This document shows, in pieces, positions 1 through 8,483 of a stretch of DNA of 64,000 bases (the first letter of the stretch is position 1; the number at the start of each line of letters is the position of its first letter). The notes under the pieces were generated by a model. That model was not told the DNA's origin. It did no database searches and saw nothing but the letters and a program-made list of their open reading frames with translations. Location of the stretch: the NCBI GenBank assembly GCA_016776605.1, contig JADHTB010000022.1, forward strand, positions 714-64,713, given 5' to 3'. Both the position numbers and the translations under genes were made by a program. The stretch comes from Alphaproteobacteria bacterium (GTDB taxonomy: Bacteria > Pseudomonadota > Alphaproteobacteria > GCA-2731375).

Positions 1-1336
1 TGATCACGATGGCGCCGGTCGTTCCCCGTGGCAATTCCTTGCAGCTTTCATCCACCACGCGGACGTCATAACCGGGCACCGCCTTGGTGGGCGAGCCGTG
101 CTTGACCGGCAGGGCGCCCAGACCGACGCAATTGGCGGCGATGGGCCAGCCGGTCTCGGTCTGCCACCAATGATCGATCACCGGCGTTTTCAGCTGTTGT
201 TCGGCCCATTGAATGGTGTCCGGGTCGGCCCGCTCGCCCGCCAGGAACAGGGTGCGGAACCGGGATAGATCGTACTTGGCCAGCAAAACACCGTCCGGGT
301 CCTCTCGTCTGATGGCGCGAAAGGCGGTCGGCGCGGTGAATAGAGACACGCACTTATGCTGCTCGATCACCCGCCAAAAGACCCCCGCGTCCGGCGTGCC
401 CACGGGCTTGCCCTCGTACAGGACCGTGGTCGCGCCATGGAACAGCGGCGCATAAACGATATAGGAATGGCCAACCACCCAGCCCAGGTCCGAGGCCGTC
501 CACCAGACCTCGCCGGGATTGACGTCATAGACATTCTTCATGGACCATTTCAGGGCTACCAGATGGCCGCCGTTGTCCCGCATCACGCCTTTGGGGATAC
601 CCGTGGTGCCGGAGGTATAGAGGATATACAGCGGATCGGTCGCCAGCACGGGGACGCAATCGGCGGGCTGTGCGCCTGCGATGATCTCGTCCCAATCATG
701 GTCCCGCCCAGGCGTCAATTCCGCCACTTCCATGGGCCGTTGCAGGATCACGCAGGCATCCGGCTTATGGCTGGCTAGTTGGATCGCGCCATCCAGCAAT
801 GGCTTGTAGGCCACGATACGGCCCGGTTCCACGCCGCAGGATGCCGACAGAATTACTTTCGGCAGGGCATCATCGATGCGGGTGGCCAGTTCGTTGGCGG
901 CAAAGCCGCCGAAGACCACGGAATGCACCGCCCCGATGCGGGCACAGGCCAGCATGGCGACGGCGGTTTCGGGCACCATGGGCATATAGATGATGACACG
1001 GTCGCCCTTGTCGACGCCCAAGGCCCGCAGCATGCCGGCACAGCGGGCAACCTGATCGCGCAATTCCAGATAGCTGATGGTGCGAATGGTATCGGTGACC
1101 GGTGAATCGTAAATGATGGCGGCCTGGCCGCCCCGCCCGGCTTCCACATGGCGATCCACGGCGTTGTAACAGGTGTTGGTTTGCGCCCCGGGAAACCAGC
1201 GATAAAAGGGCGCGCGGCTGTCATCCAGGATCTGATCCCAAGTCTTGAACCAATGGATATCCTGCGCCGCCTCGGCCCAAAATGCCTGGGGGTCTTTTTG
1301 CCAGGCGCCATATGTTTCGTCGTATCCACCGGCCAT
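1..1336 (-). CDS. prpE: Propionate--CoA ligase / acetyl-CoA synthetase family enzyme, C-terminal part cut off by the window edge
   Basis: Absent from the ORF track because it runs off the left edge. My translation of the minus strand from ATG 1336..1334 gives MAGGYDETYGAWQKDPQAFWAEAAQDIHWFK...NTCYNAVDRHV...DPLYILYTSGTTGIPKGV (AMP-binding signature). The frame stays open to base 2. Confidence 0.8.
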   Translation of the reverse strand, partial: MAGGYDETYGAWQKDPQAFWAEAAQDIHWFKTWDQILDDSRAPFYRWFPGAQTNTCYNAVDRHVEAGRGGQAAIIYDSPVTDTIRTISYLELRDQVARCAGMLRALGVDKGDRVIIYMPMVPETAVAMLACARIGAVHSVVFGGFAANELATRIDDALPKVILSASCGVEPGRIVAYKPLLDGAIQLASHKPDACVILQRPMEVAELTPGRDHDWDEIIAGAQPADCVPVLATDPLYILYTSGTTGIPKGVMRDNGGHLVALKWSMKNVYDVNPGEVWWTASDLGWVVGHSYIVYAPLFHGATTVLYEGKPVGTPDAGVFWRVIEQHKCVSLFTAPTAFRAIRREDPDGVLLAKYDLSRFRTLFLAGERADPDTIQWAEQQLKTPVIDHWWQTETGWPIAANCVGLGALPVKHGSPTKAVPGYDVRVVDESCKELPRGTTGAIVI

Positions 1337-1460
1337 GGTTTTCTCCCTCGTTTCGCGGCTGCTGCTTTCGTCAGGCTCTATCTAGCGGCCTATTATGGCG
1401 CGTCGCGGTGGGCGAGTCATGGATGTTGATGGCCATGAATGTATCGGTTTCCGATACCCC

Positions 1461-1934
1461 CTATTTCTCCGGTAGATAGATTGGCGGCAGCCCTTCCGAC
1501 AGATCATAGGGGTCCAGGTCCCTAGGCACCTTTAACACCGCGTTGGCCCGCAGCACCACCTCGCCATCCGCCAAGAGCCGCCCTTCGGCGAAGACTAGGC
1601 TGCGGGTCTGTTTGACCACATCGCCATGGGCCTCCACCCATTGCCCCTGCATCACCGGGGCCATGAAGTCCGAGGTCATATTAACGGTAACCAGAAAGCC
1701 GGTAATGCCGGTCTCGATGTTGGCGTTGAAGCCCAATTCGATGTCCATCAGGGTGAACAGCATGCCGCCGTGGCAGATTTTTGCGGCATTGACATGCTTC
1801 TCACCGCAGCGAAAGCCAAATTCCACCTTGTTGCCAAGGTTCCGCAGGAATAATGGCCCCACGGTGCCATAGTAAAACCGTTCCGGCTCCCAGGCATGAA
1901 AGCCGGGCGGCGGATTGTACGCGTCGAAGGACAT
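1461..1934 (-). CDS. PaaI-family (hotdog fold) thioesterase
   Basis: ORF 1461..2030. The internal start MSFDAYNPPPGF at 1934 is preferred. The CHGGMLFTLMD motif and the length are typical of PaaI/4HBT thioesterases. Confidence 0.7.
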   Translation of the reverse strand: MSFDAYNPPPGFHAWEPERFYYGTVGPLFLRNLGNKVEFGFRCGEKHVNAAKICHGGMLFTLMDIELGFNANIETGITGFLVTVNMTSDFMAPVMQGQWVEAHGDVVKQTRSLVFAEGRLLADGEVVLRANAVLKVPRDLDPYDLSEGLPPIYLPEK

Positions 1935-2135
1935 GGCAAAACCTGACTGATTGACGAACCGGAGCGCCGAACCTAACCGCTTGCCCCGTGGCGGCAAAGG
2001 AGGAAATCGTCCCTGGCGGATAAGCAACAAAAGCCTGAAAAATAATTATACATTTAAAACAAGTGTTTTAGATTTATTTATCTTTTTTTACTGTGTTGTA
2101 TTGCAACATACCATTGCCGACTGTATATAAAGCAC

Positions 2136-2459
2136 ATGAACAAAGGTGAACTGATCGAAATTGATGCCCGCACCGTGCGCGATTGGCTTGATCGTGGCGA
2201 AGCTGTCCTCGTCGACGTGCGGGAAGCGGCGGAGTATGCCGAAGAGCGCATTCCCGGTACTCTGACCTTTCCGTTGTCTCGTTTCGATCCCGGCAGTCTG
2301 CCGCACGAACCCGGCAAAAGGACGGTGTTGACCTGTTTCATTGGCGGCCGTTCGGCCGAGGCGGCAGAGCGGCTTTTCGCCGCCGGGCATAGCACGGCCT
2401 TTCAACTCGACGGCGGCCTATTCGCCTGGAAAGAGGCAGGTTTCGCGACGGAGGCCTGA
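2136..2459 (+). CDS. Rhodanese-domain sulfurtransferase
   Basis: 107 aa with the single-domain rhodanese pattern VDVREAAEYAEERIPG and the active-site loop CFIGGRS. Confidence 0.8.
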   Translation: MNKGELIEIDARTVRDWLDRGEAVLVDVREAAEYAEERIPGTLTFPLSRFDPGSLPHEPGKRTVLTCFIGGRSAEAAERLFAAGHSTAFQLDGGLFAWKEAGFATEA

Positions 2460-2472
2460 TGCACGCCGCGCC

Positions 2473-3270
2473 TCAGCCGCCGGTGAAGTTCGGTTTCCGC
2501 TTGTTGGAGAAGGCGGTCACCGCTTCTTGGTGATCGCTTGAGAGGTTGGATTGGGTTTCGACGCTAATGCTCAGGTCCATCATCGAATGGGCCAATTGGC
2601 GCAGCGGGATGTTGACCACTTGCTTGGTCCAGCGCACGGATTTCGAGGCTCCCGAAGCGAGTCGGCGCGCGAGATCATAAACTTTGTCGTCGAGTTCGTC
2701 GGCAGCGACAACATGATTGATCAAACCGATGCGCTCGGCCTCGGTCGCGCTCATCAAATCGCCGGTGAAGAGGTATTCCTTGGCGCGGGCGAAGCCGACC
2801 AGTTGCGGCCATATAACGGCGCCGCCATCACCGGCGACGAGGCCGGCGTTGACATGAGGATCGCCGATCTTGGCGTGCTCCGCCGCGATGATAATGTCGC
2901 AGAACAGGGCGACGGTGGCGCCAAGGCCGACGGCATGGCCATTGACTCGGGCGATGATTGGCTTGTCGCATTCCAGCATGCGGAAAATGATGCGCTTGGC
3001 TTCCGGCACGATTTCATCGAACAGCGCGGGATCGTCAATTTTCTGTTGCATGGCGACAACATTGCCCCCCGCCGAAAAGGCCCGCCCGGCACCGGTCAGG
3101 ACGACGACATCGACCTCCGGGTCGTCGTGAACGTCGCTCCAGATGCGCGAGAGGCCATGATGCATGCCTGGCGTAAAGGCGTTCAGGTTCTCTGGTGAAT
3201 TGAGCGTGATCGTCATGACGCGATTGTCCTTTTCGATCAACAGGTCCTCGTAAACGCTATAGTCGATCAT
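2473..3270 (-). CDS. Enoyl-CoA hydratase/isomerase (crotonase) family protein
   Basis: 265 aa. VVVLTGAGRAFSAGGN oxyanion-hole motif, IARVNGHAVGLG, and crotonase length. Confidence 0.85.
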   Translation of the reverse strand: MIDYSVYEDLLIEKDNRVMTITLNSPENLNAFTPGMHHGLSRIWSDVHDDPEVDVVVLTGAGRAFSAGGNVVAMQQKIDDPALFDEIVPEAKRIIFRMLECDKPIIARVNGHAVGLGATVALFCDIIIAAEHAKIGDPHVNAGLVAGDGGAVIWPQLVGFARAKEYLFTGDLMSATEAERIGLINHVVAADELDDKVYDLARRLASGASKSVRWTKQVVNIPLRQLAHSMMDLSISVETQSNLSSDHQEAVTAFSNKRKPNFTGG

Positions 3271-3521
3271 CCTGTTTTTCCTTTTCCAGCGGTTCGTGGT
3301 CCAATTTTTCCAGGTTGGCTAAACCGAAATTGAATTATGACTTTCTGAATTGACCGATACAGTAGCCAACTTTTCGAAACTTGCCGCAACGGAATATTAA
3401 GCCGATGGCCGTAGAATGACGCATAACACTAGACGCCGCCGCCGGGGCGGTGTATGTCTCCGCCGCGCCAGAGGCCTTGAGCCCAAATCCGCCCTTATTC
3501 AAATTAAATTGTGATTAAACC

Positions 3522-5345
3522 ATGCCGCTTCGCAATATCGCCATCATTGCCCATGTTGACCACGGTAAGACCACCATGGTCGATGCCATGTTCCGTCAGT
3601 CCGGTACTTTTCGCAGCAATCAACAGATTGCCGAGCGGGCCATGGATTCCAACGATCAGGAGCGCGAGCGGGGCATCACCATTTTGTCCAAGTGCACCTC
3701 GGTCGACTGGCGCGGTACACGTGTCAACATCGTCGATACCCCTGGTCATGCCGATTTCGGTGGCGAGGTGGAACGTATATTGAAGATGGTCGATGGCGTC
3801 GTGCTGTTGGTTGACGCCGCCGAAGGCCCCATGCCCCAGACCAAGTTCGTCCTCGGCAAGGCCCTGGCTCTGGGCCTGCGTCCCATCGTGGTGATCAACA
3901 AGATCGATCGCGGCGATGCCCGGCCCGATGAGGTGCTGAACGAAATTTTTGATTTGTTCACCGCCCTGGATGCCAATGAAGAACAGTTGGATTTCCCCTA
4001 TCTTTACGCGGTGGGCCGGGATGGCTGGGCCAGCGATGACCCGGCCGCGGGGGGCGGTGATTTAACGCCCCTGTTCGAATTGCTGCATCGCCATGTGGCT
4101 GCGCCGGCGGTCGATCTGGATGCGCCCTTTGCCATGATCGCGACTTTGTTGGATGCCGACCCTTATTTGGGCCGGGTGTTGACGGGCCGTGTTGATGCCG
4201 GGCGGCTGTCACAGGGAGACACCATCCGCGCCCTGCGCGGTGACGGCAGCGTGGTGGAAACCGCACGGGTGACTAAATTACTGGCTTTTCGCGGCCTCGA
4301 GCGGGTGCCGGTGGAGACGGTCTCGGCCGGCGATATTATTGCCATCGCCGGCTTGCAGCACGCCACCGTTGCCGACACCCTCGCCGATCCCGTGGTAACC
4401 CAGCCGATCACCGCACCGCCGATCGACCCGCCGACCCTGGCCATGACCTTTTCCATCAATGACTCTCCCATGGCCGGGCGCGACGGTTCAAAAGTGCAAA
4501 GCCGGGTAATCCGCACCCGCCTGATGGCGGAGGCCGAGGGCAATGTCGCCATCAAGATTTCCGAGACCGGCGACAAGGATGCCTTCGAGGTGGCGGGCCG
4601 GGGCGAATTGCAATTGGGCGTCTTGATCGAGACCATGCGCCGGGAAGGCTTCGAGCTGACCATCGGGCGGCCGCGGGTGCTTTACCGCCAGGACCCCGAT
4701 AGCGGTCAGCGCACGGAGCCCATCGAGGAAGTTTCCATCGACGTGGACGATGAATTCACCGGCGTCGTGGTCGAAAAATTGGCGACACGCAAGGGCGAGA
4801 TGACCGACATGCGGCCCTTTGGTATCGGCCGCACGCGCATCACCTTCCTGGCCCCATCGCGCGGGCTGATCGGCTATCATGGCGAGTTTCTGACCGATAC
4901 CCGGGGCACCGGCATCATGCACCGCCTGTACCACAGCTATGGCCCCTACAAGGGTCCGATTCTTGGCCGCCATCGCGGCGCCATTGTTTCCGGCGAAACG
5001 GGCGTCGCCGTGCCCTTTGCCCTGTGGCACCTTGAAGAACGCGGCGTGTTATTTATCGGCGGCGGCGAACAGGTCTACGCCGGTATGGTTATTGGTGAAA
5101 ATGCCAAGCCCTCGGATATGGAAGTCAATCCTCTGAAGGCGAAACAACTGACCAATATCCGGGCCTCTGGCAAGGATGACGCGGTGCGCCTGACAACGCC
5201 CCGGCGGATGAGCCTGGAACAGGCCATTGCCTATATCGGCAACGACGAAGTGGTTGAGGTTACCCCTAACCACATTCGCCTGCGCAAGGCCACGTTGGAT
5301 CCCCATCAGCGCAAACGCGAACGCCGCGCCGCAATGGCCGGATAG
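3522..5345 (+). CDS. typA: Translational GTPase TypA/BipA
   Basis: 607 aa. N-terminus MPLRNIAIIAHVDHGKTT, DTPGHADFGGEVER, NKIDR, and EF-G-like domains. Confidence 0.95.
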   Translation: MPLRNIAIIAHVDHGKTTMVDAMFRQSGTFRSNQQIAERAMDSNDQERERGITILSKCTSVDWRGTRVNIVDTPGHADFGGEVERILKMVDGVVLLVDAAEGPMPQTKFVLGKALALGLRPIVVINKIDRGDARPDEVLNEIFDLFTALDANEEQLDFPYLYAVGRDGWASDDPAAGGGDLTPLFELLHRHVAAPAVDLDAPFAMIATLLDADPYLGRVLTGRVDAGRLSQGDTIRALRGDGSVVETARVTKLLAFRGLERVPVETVSAGDIIAIAGLQHATVADTLADPVVTQPITAPPIDPPTLAMTFSINDSPMAGRDGSKVQSRVIRTRLMAEAEGNVAIKISETGDKDAFEVAGRGELQLGVLIETMRREGFELTIGRPRVLYRQDPDSGQRTEPIEEVSIDVDDEFTGVVVEKLATRKGEMTDMRPFGIGRTRITFLAPSRGLIGYHGEFLTDTRGTGIMHRLYHSYGPYKGPILGRHRGAIVSGETGVAVPFALWHLEERGVLFIGGGEQVYAGMVIGENAKPSDMEVNPLKAKQLTNIRASGKDDAVRLTTPRRMSLEQAIAYIGNDEVVEVTPNHIRLRKATLDPHQRKRERRAAMAG

Positions 5346-5389
5346 TTGTGGCCGGATAGTTATGGCCGGATAGTTATGGCCGGATAGTT
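5334..5389. repeat. Four tandem copies of the 14-bp unit ATGGCCGGATAGTT; copy 1 is the last codons plus the TAG stop of typA
   Basis: Read directly: copies at 5334-5347, 5348-5361 (G at position 1), 5362-5375 and 5376-5389. typA stop TAG is at 5343-5345. Confidence 0.95.
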
Positions 5390-5551
5390 AGAGTATCCAT
5401 TAGAATCGAAAGACCATTAGAGCGGTTCCGGGCTGATCCAGTCCGGCGCGATCATCACGGCCGCCGGAATTAGGCTGCTGTCTGCCCTTACGCGATGGCT
5501 AAAATCGCGAAATACCTCCAGACTATATAGCCTGGCCCAGATGGCCAACTC

Positions 5552-5605
5552 GGCAATAATTGCCTAATTTACCGGGCAATCCTTGCCTACCCGGCATTTT
5601 TTGCC
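5552..5605. promoter_or_regulatory. Three GGCA-N5-TGCC palindromes; candidate enhancer (bEBP/FlbD-type) sites upstream of the flagellin sigma54 promoter
   Basis: GGCAataatTGCC 5552-5564, GGCAatcctTGCC 5575-5587, GGCAtttttTGCC 5593-5605. They lie about 90-140 bp upstream of the -24 element. Confidence 0.5.
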
Positions 5606-5691
5606 TGCCCTGCGCGGCGTGGTTAATTTTTTTAAACTATTAATATTACAATTAAACAACAGCTTGTTTGAGGCCGGATTCTTCCCTCGCT

Positions 5692-5707
5692 TGGCACGCG
5701 TTTTGCA
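5692..5707 (+). promoter_or_regulatory. Sigma54 (-24/-12) promoter of the flagellin gene
   Basis: TGGCACgcgttTTGCA with exact GG-N10-GC spacing, 70 bp upstream of the flagellin ATG. Confidence 0.8.
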
Positions 5708-5776
5708 CCTCCGTTGGCAGGCGCAAAACGCGCCAGTCCGCAGAAGCGGGTATACCTAGAAAAAAGGAAGATAGAC

Positions 5777-6589
5777 ATGCCTCTATCAGTAAATACAAAC
5801 GTCGGCGCAATGCTGGCGCTGCAAAACCTCAGCAAAACCAACAAGCAGATGGATGCGACGCAGCTTGCCATCACCACCGGCCTGCGGGTCAGTGGTCCGA
5901 AGCAGGATGCCTCCTCCTATGCTATCGCGCAAAACATGCGCGGCGACATCTCTGGTCTTGGCGCGGTGAAAACCGCTCTGTCCAATGGTGAAGCCACCAT
6001 CAACACGGCCATCACGGCCGGTCAGTCCATCTCTGACCTGTTGACGGAAATGAAAGCCAAGGTGGTTCAAGCCAACCAGGCCGGTCTCGATACCGCGTCG
6101 CGGACCTCGTTGCACAATGACTTTGTGTCGTTGCGCGATCAGATCTCGACAATCGTGGCCACCGCCGAATTCAACGGAACCAACCTGGTGAATGGTAGTG
6201 CTTCGGCGACTTCGGTCCTGAGCACGGTCGATGGCTCGACCATCGCTGTGTCCGCACAGAAGATGGATTCCACCACTCTGGCCATCCAAAGCCAGGTGTT
6301 GAATACCTCTGCCGGTGCGGCGACCGCCCTTACCGCGATCGATTCAGCTATTACGTCCGTTTCGGACAAGCTGGCGGCGCTGGGTTCGGTCTCCAAGCGT
6401 ATTGAAGTGCAGGGTGATTTCACCACCAAGCTAACGGATATTCTGAAAGCTGGTGTTGGCACCTTGGTCGATGCGGATTTGGCGGAAGAGAGTGCCAAAC
6501 TGCAGTCGTTGCAGATCAAGCAACAGTTGGGCGTTCAGGCTCTGTCGATCGCCAACTCTGGTCCGCAGACGATTCTGGCGTTGTTCTAG
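5777..6589 (+). CDS. Flagellin (short alphaproteobacterial type, 270 aa)
   Basis: ORF 5714..6589. Start MPLSVNTNVGAM at 5777 follows an AGGAAG RBS. Conserved N-terminus (SVNTN...A...L) and C-terminus (LQSLQIKQQLGVQALSIANSGPQTILALF). Confidence 0.93.
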   Translation: MPLSVNTNVGAMLALQNLSKTNKQMDATQLAITTGLRVSGPKQDASSYAIAQNMRGDISGLGAVKTALSNGEATINTAITAGQSISDLLTEMKAKVVQANQAGLDTASRTSLHNDFVSLRDQISTIVATAEFNGTNLVNGSASATSVLSTVDGSTIAVSAQKMDSTTLAIQSQVLNTSAGAATALTAIDSAITSVSDKLAALGSVSKRIEVQGDFTTKLTDILKAGVGTLVDADLAEESAKLQSLQIKQQLGVQALSIANSGPQTILALF

Positions 6590-6600
6590 TAAGGACTATC

Positions 6601-6626
6601 GGGGGCGGCGCCTTGGCGCCGCCTCC
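6601..6626 (+). terminator. GC-rich hairpin after the flagellin gene
   Basis: GGGGGCGGCGCCttGGCGCCGCCTCC lies directly after the TAG TAA double stop. The U-tract is weak. Confidence 0.45.
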
Positions 6627-6731
6627 ACCCTTAATAGCCGGTTCACCGTCATCGTTAGATGGCGCGGCAGCCGGGGGGTAAAGACCTAATTTGCCTGACA
6701 AACCAGATCGATTGACTTCGGAGTGTGCAAT

Positions 6732-7085
6732 ATGACGATGCAGGGTTACCAACAGGCCTATCTACAGGCGCAAAATGTCACGGAAAGTCCGCGGCAGACC
6801 GAATACCGGATACTTGCCCGGATTACCTCGGCGATGATCAAGGCGGAGCAACAAGGCCATACGGAAGTCGTTCGCGCGGTGCATTGGAACCGTCGCCTAT
6901 GGTTGACGCTTCAGTCCGACTGCGCCTCGGAAGATAACGGACTTCCCGATGCGATGCGGGCAGGAATAATTTCTTTGGCGATCTGGGTGGATAAGCATTC
7001 ACGGAAAGTGCTGAAACGCGAGGCCGATCTTGCGCCTATGATCGAAGTTAATCGGAATATTATGGAAGGATTATCGGGAGGGTAG
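6732..7085 (+). CDS. flaF: Flagellar biosynthesis regulator FlaF
   Basis: Shows the ESPRQTEYRILARIT...WNRRLW..L..DC...N.LP..MRAGIISLAIWV..H pattern of alphaproteobacterial FlaF. ATG 6732 lies 9 nt after a GGAG. Confidence 0.85.
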   Translation: MTMQGYQQAYLQAQNVTESPRQTEYRILARITSAMIKAEQQGHTEVVRAVHWNRRLWLTLQSDCASEDNGLPDAMRAGIISLAIWVDKHSRKVLKREADLAPMIEVNRNIMEGLSGG

Positions 7086-7172
7086 GAATACCCGTCAGGC
7101 CCAGTTTGTCGTGCGTGGCTGGGCGTGACGTAGAGATCCGGCAAAATCGCCGGTGTAGCGTGGGAGAATGAT

Positions 7173-7547
7173 ATGGCGAATATTTCCATGTCGAACCCAC
7201 TACCACCACCTTCAGTATTAAAGGTGGTTCAGCGCGAAGCTGGCAAGGCCGCTATCGAGACTGTTGCCAAACCCGCTTCCGCAGAAAGTAACACGTCGGG
7301 GAAGCAGAGGTTGGAAGGCGTTCCTAGTTCCAAACTGAACGAACTCCAACAGCTCACTGAACAGGCGTTTGTCGCTGATGACCTGAGGCTGTCGATAAGT
7401 TTTGAAAAATCGATTGGCCGTTTCGTCTACCGAGGCGTCGACCGGGAGACGGGTGAGATCGTTCGTGAATATCCTCAAGAAGAGGTTGTGAAACGGATTG
7501 CTCACTTAAGGGAAATCGCCGGCATTGCGATTGACCGGAGCCTGTAA
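7173..7547 (+). CDS. flaG: FlaG-family flagellar protein
   Basis: C-terminal LRLSISFEKSIGRFVYRGVDRETGEIVREYPQEEVV matches the FlaG domain pattern (D..TGEvIRqiP.ee). GGGAGA RBS. Confidence 0.7.
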   Translation: MANISMSNPLPPPSVLKVVQREAGKAAIETVAKPASAESNTSGKQRLEGVPSSKLNELQQLTEQAFVADDLRLSISFEKSIGRFVYRGVDRETGEIVREYPQEEVVKRIAHLREIAGIAIDRSL

Positions 7548-7726
7548 TAGGTCCCGGAGTGGTGACGACACGCACAAGACGGCCCAGTAATGGGTCTAAG
7601 ACCAAAGAGACGGCCGGAAGTTTGGAGAGTTAATTTTCCTTGCTCCCGGCCGTCGCCATTTTGGCTGTGCGTCGAACAACAGCCAAATGGGTTGCGGCCA
7701 GATTTTCATCAGCCGCGTGGTGACAT

Positions 7727-8167
7727 CTAGACGACCTCGTTCAGAGCCAGGGAAACGGGTCTTTGATTGCGGTTGAACGGTGTCCGCATGCTGGCGGTCC
7801 GGTCATATCCTTCGACCGGGCGCTGCTTGGCGGAAACCTCTTCCGTAATGGCCTTTAACATCCGGTCGGTAACGGATTTTGTGGTCTGCACCAGCCGGCG
7901 ATGTTCTTCCAGAACCTGTTGAAAACGCTTGGTCGCGGATTTGAGACGGCCAATTTCATCCGGTTCGGCCCGCGACAGCAGGGTCGGATTGGCATGCAAT
8001 TCCGCCATCTCCCGTTCGTAGGCCGAAGCCAGCTCTTCCTTTTCAGCCGAGTATCCGGCCAACTCGTGAGGCCGGCGATGTATCAGTATCTGATTTTCCT
8101 TTGCCATCACATCGTCCAGGCGCGTGGTGATGTCGGTCAAGGTATCGATTGCTTTACGCGTGCGCAT
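7727..8167 (-). CDS. FlgN-like / FlbY-position flagellar protein (helical, 146 aa)
   Basis: ORF 7727..8200. Start MRTRKAID at 8167 follows a GGAAGG RBS. It sits downstream of flgI and flgJ as in Caulobacter flgI-cheL-flbY. All-helical; the family call is tentative. Confidence 0.5.
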   Translation of the reverse strand: MRTRKAIDTLTDITTRLDDVMAKENQILIHRRPHELAGYSAEKEELASAYEREMAELHANPTLLSRAEPDEIGRLKSATKRFQQVLEEHRRLVQTTKSVTDRMLKAITEEVSAKQRPVEGYDRTASMRTPFNRNQRPVSLALNEVV

Positions 8168-8483
8168 CGGCTTTGCCTTCCTGCAGTTTGATAATTTCAC
8201 GATAGACGGCGTCGGCTATGCCGATGCCACCGGTGTCGGCAACGATCTTGCCGTATTCTTCGTTCAGCAGCGCGCGGAACATGCTCTCGCCTTGGCCGCC
8301 ACCCATGGGACCATCGGTCTTGACACCGGAGAACATGTCATCCATCGCCCGGCTCAGAAAAAAGGCTTCGAATTCCTGGGCGGTGCGCCAGGCGCCTTGC
8401 CTGGCGGCGCTGTCGTTGCCAGTTGGCAGCTGCGGCTTTGGGATTGATTGTCCCGGAACAAAGGGCGCAATGTTCATGCTCAT
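8154..8483 (-). CDS. flgJ: Flagellar rod-binding protein (FlgJ N-terminal domain only, no muramidase)
   Basis: 109 aa. AQEFEAFFLSRAMDDMF...GESMFRALLNEEYGK is the rod-binding domain pattern. ATGA overlap with the flgI stop. Confidence 0.8.
   Translation of the reverse strand: MSMNIAPFVPGQSIPKPQLPTGNDSAARQGAWRTAQEFEAFFLSRAMDDMFSGVKTDGPMGGGQGESMFRALLNEEYGKIVADTGGIGIADAVYREIIKLQEGKADAHA

Noticed and set aside
5390-5470. Possible decayed MITE A/B composite after the typA repeat (TTAGAGTATCC..TTAGAATCG..TTAGAGCGGTTCCGGG)
   Set aside because: The resemblance is limited to short stretches, and I could not identify the right end. I mention it only as context, not as a feature.
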